NCBI GenBank assembly: GCA_004431415.1
Contig: QPMI01000482.1
Span: 310,001-374,000, forward strand
Reading direction: 5' to 3'
Source: Cyanophora paradoxa CCMP329
Taxonomy: Eukaryota > Plantae > Glaucophyta
Length of the DNA stretch: 64,000 nucleotides
In this document: positions 60,436-64,000 of the stretch, piece after piece
How positions within the stretch are numbered: position 1 is the stretch's first letter
Layout: every line of letters begins with the position of its first letter
Notes under the pieces: model-generated
Database searches by the model: none
What the model saw: only the letters and a program-made list of their open reading frames with translations
Told to the model about the DNA's origin: nothing
Position numbers and translations under genes: made by a program

Positions 60436-61086
60436 CTCCGCTGCCGCGGGTCCCGCTGTCTTGGCGAGGTCCAGCGCGTACGTGGCTGCGGCCCGAGAGG
60501 GTCGGCCAGGCAGCTCACGCGCGGCGTTAATGGGCCCCTTAATCTGGATCTGTCTCGACCGCAACGGCGGCGGTTGTTCGGAGAACGCGCCGCGCCGCGT
60601 CCGGCTGGATGACGACAAGCAGATCCGGGCAGGTCCGGGCGACGAGGCCGAAGCTAGAAACCGAGGGAGCTAGCTGCGGACGTTGAGGTTGCGGGCCTGC
60701 GGGGCTGCGCCGCGCGTTGAACGGAGCTATACGCAGTCTGGCCGCCGGACCCGCTGCTTCGTCGGGGGTAGAGGCGCTTACAGGGGGTGCGAGTCGGCCA
60801 AGCATAGGGTAAGCTCGGGGACATATGGGCCGCTTCAGTTTGAATCGGCCTTTTGAATCGATCAAATTGTCTTGAGTTCGAAAATTCGCCGCCCTCTCAC
60901 GATCATGACACTGTCACACTGATCGAGATTCGAGACTCATGTATCATGATCATATGCATAGCATTGCATACTAGCTATATAGTACTACTACTGTACTAGT
61001 AGTGATCGCTGATAGTGATCATAGTCGACGTTGTCTTCGGCGGGACATTAATAATTATATTTCATACAAATTGACAGGTCTGAAGC

Positions 61087-61639
61087 AAATTAAGACTCTG
61101 CCCCTTTCCTCGTGTCGTCCCCAGTTCCTCAGATTAGTCTTCAGCCGTCCATTGTTTTACCAACTCTACAATCTCGATTCCGTTTAGACACTCCGCCAGC
61201 TTCGACTTTCCCCTCTAGTGGTGTCCTACGTTTCGCCTCTCCTACTGTTCTACCGCCTTTGCCTCCTGCGACTACGTCTTCTAGTTCTGCTGTTAGCTCT
61301 GTCTTGTCGTCTTCGTCTAGATCTTCGTCTTCGACTGTAGTTCCTCGTGCTCGTTCTCCTTATTTGCTGCGTCCCCGTGCTCCTCGTCGTTCTAGTGTGA
61401 CTAGTACTTCTGCATCGACGCCCTTGAGCTCTTCTACTCCTTCTCCTCGTGCTCGTTCTCCTTATCTTTTGCGTTCTTCTGATCGTGTCCTTTCTCGTGA
61501 TCCCTCTTGATTCTGTATATATTTTGTGCTAGTTTACTGTATCTTTGATTTGTGATTGCTTTGTTGTCTTTAATATCACTACCTACGGGGGGTTCGCCCC
61601 ACCGTAGTCTCTCAAAAAAAAAAAAAAATTAAGACTCTG
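61087..61639 (+). mobile_element. 5'-truncated poly(A) retroelement insertion with 14-bp TSD
   Basis: AAATTAAGACTCTG at 61087-61100 and 61626-61639; poly(A) at 61614-61628; T-rich body with ORF remnant ending 61510; 3' stem-loop at 61583-61607. Confidence 0.88.
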
Positions 61640-62176
61640 AATAATGCAGGAATTCGAAATCGAATCGATATCGCGGCTGCTGAATGCATGTGATGTGCAT
61701 GCGTTACTAAGTTACTGTCTTCGAGGCTCGCCGCTCAGAGCCTCATGCTCAGACAGCCTCACTGAGTCGGAGACTCAGACTCTGCTCGAGCTCAGATCCT
61801 CAGACCGAAGCTAGCGCTAGCCTAGTATACGTAGACAGCGCAGCGCTTAAACGTTAACGCTGACTCAGTGAAATTATAATTAGCAGCGCGCTCACTCAGA
61901 AGCCTCATGACCATCATCGGATCTATAGCTAGATGATGGCTCACACTCCGCGCACATATTCGAATTCGAATTCTAGCTGCATTCGCGGCAGGCCTAGGGA
62001 TGGGAGGCAGCCAAGGGCGGGCCCGGGGGATCCGGAGAGGCCACGGGAGAGAGGGCCCGCTGGGGCGCTTGGCGCTATCATGCCGCAGTGCAGTATAGCT
62101 AGCGCTCGTGCGCCCGCAGACGGGGAAGGATGGTCTCCTCCAGCAGACCCCGCAGCTGCGCCGCCAGTAGTCGGCT

Positions 62177-64000
62177 TCAGAGTTCAGACCGCGACAAGAG
62201 AAGGGAGCTCTGGATGTAGAGGGCATGCACCTGGGCGGCGCGGGGCTCCGGGACGGGGGTGAAGGGGATCTTGAGGAGGACCTCCGCCTCGAGCTCCGCG
62301 GCGGCCCACGCCCGCAGCTCCTCGTCCACCTCGCGCTGCGCCCGGCCGCGCCCTGCACGCGCAGCGCTCAGACCGCAGCTCGAGAGCGTCTGCACGAGCG
62401 CTCAAGCCGGATCGCGCACCGCCCCTCTTCGTGATCTCCGCCTTCTTCTCGTGCCGGCGCTGGTACTTCGCCCTCTCCTCCTCCCGCCGGCGCAGCAGAT
62501 CGTCGTAGCCCGGCATCTCCGGCGTCAGCTTCTGCGCGCCTAATTGTAAGACCGAGCTCGAGAGCGCTAGTAAAGCGATCAGAGCTCCGCCGCGGGATCG
62601 CACCGTCTCGCGCTGGCGGCCCCAGAACCAGCCGGCCGGCTTATCCCTCCTCAGCACCGCCGTGAGCCACGCCTGCACGCGCCGCCGTGGGGGAATCGTC
62701 AAGAGGCGCAAGCTGCGGGGTGCTTATGGTGCGGACGGGAGCGACGTCGACGGCGAGGCAAGATAAAAGCGGCAAGCGTCAGCTCGACATAGGAGGATCC
62801 GGGGCCGGGACGGTGCTCTCAAGGGCTAGACGGGAGAGGGGGAGGGCGCGAGGGCTGGATTCGGAGGGAAGAGAGGGGGGCAGGGCACCTCGAAGACGGC
62901 GGGCTCCCTCTCGCGCATCTCGGTGAAGGGCATCGCCACCGGCTCCGCCACCTGCCGCCGAACTCGTCATCAGAGCGGAGCGGGGCGGGGCGCTGGTGCG
63001 GGGGCCTAGGCCGAGGCGAGGGCGGACGCGGTAGTAGCCCATGATCTGGCAGCGGGAAGTGCCCGTGTCGGCGACGGGGACGGCCAAGAGGACGCCCCCG
63101 AACTGCGCAGACACGCAACGTCAACGAGGGAGGAGCTCGAGCTCGAGGGCGCCGCGGCTGGCCCCGATATCCCTCGAACTGTATGTGAGAGCGGTTCGGA
63201 CTGCTTAGTTCCGCACCTCGTCGGACTGCCTCATGAGTTCAGCAGTGAAGACCCGGTCTCGGACCGCTGCAGGCGCGAGACAGGAAGGGCCGATCAGGGG
63301 CCACGCTCCGCCAAGAGCGGCAACTCGAGGGCGGCCGGCGCACCCTCGATGCGGTAGGCGCAACCCGGCTGACCGGGCTCCGTCGGGAGCTCCTGAAGAG
63401 TCCGTGTCTCTTCACGAAACAGTGTAACGCGAGACTCTGAGAGCTTCGCACCGGGTTCCAGGAGCGCCTCGCCACGCAGTAGCGCTCCCCGATCTCCACG
63501 ACGGGCCCCAGGCGCCTCTTCTTCTTGGATTTGTCGGTCGTGTGCACCCACGAGTCCTGCGTCCCGCCTGGCGAGGGCGCCGCCGTTCAGAAGCACAAGG
63601 GCGTGAGGAGACGGGGAGAGAAGAGCGGTGCACGCACCCCCAAGGACGGCCGCGATCGTTTTCCGATAGAAGCCCTCGGGCTCCGCCTCGGCCTCGGCCC
63701 CCACCACCACCTCCACCTCCTGCCCCAGCTGCGAGTCGGGCGCATGCGCAGCGATCGGGGGCAGGCTCGGGGGGCGGAGACAGCGAACCTCATCAGCATC
63801 CTCCTCGTCCCCCTCCGTCCCCTCCGGGCTAGCGGCCTCGCCCTCCGCTCTTTGCTGCTGGCTCTTGCAGCTAGCCGCAGGCTCCGCCTGCAGGCTCGCT
63901 ACCGGAGACGCCGCTTCGCGCTTCCGGCCCCTTGCTGCCGGCTTCGCATGCGGGCTCGCTGCCGGAGACGCCGCTGCCGAGGAGGGGCTGCTTCTGCTGC
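62177..64000 (-). CDS. Hypothetical multi-exon protein, 5' part beyond window
   Basis: Coding-like exons (AWLTAVLRRDKPAGWFWG, LLRRREEERAKYQRR, EVDEELRAW) separated by GT-AG introns; no family recognised. Confidence 0.45.

Overview
Eukaryotic nuclear DNA from a very GC-rich, gene-dense protist or alga. Introns are many and short (mostly ~55-130 nt), so most entries in the ORF track are GC-driven shadows; I rebuilt genes by hand-splicing. The style is reminiscent of a glaucophyte such as Cyanophora, but this is inference only. Genes in order: EGF-repeat protein (partial, -); ankyrin protein (+) split by a 3.9-kb CACTA-like element (19-bp TIRs, 3-bp TSD); cytoplasmic dynein-1 intermediate chain (-); Beclin-1/ATG6 (+); an intronless Bacillus-type TenI (-, HGT candidate); RPLP2 (+); Apollo/SNM1B (+); two F-box/LRR-like genes (-) flanking a stand-alone MJ1316/DUF504 gene (+); ZNF598 (+); a MITE cluster; a large type-I membrane protein with SEA/PSI-like modules (+); PSMA7 (+); an SDR epimerase (-); a myristoylated RING protein (+); a START-like + HMG-box fusion (+); an EF-hand protein (-); a 5'-truncated poly(A) retroinsertion; and a partial hypothetical gene (-). 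The strongest leads are the START-HMG candidate lipid-sensing transcription factor, the TenI transfer, frequent GC-AG introns and micro-exons, and pervasive palindromic micro-expansions in non-coding DNA. All gene models and family assignments are manual and from memory; no searches were run.
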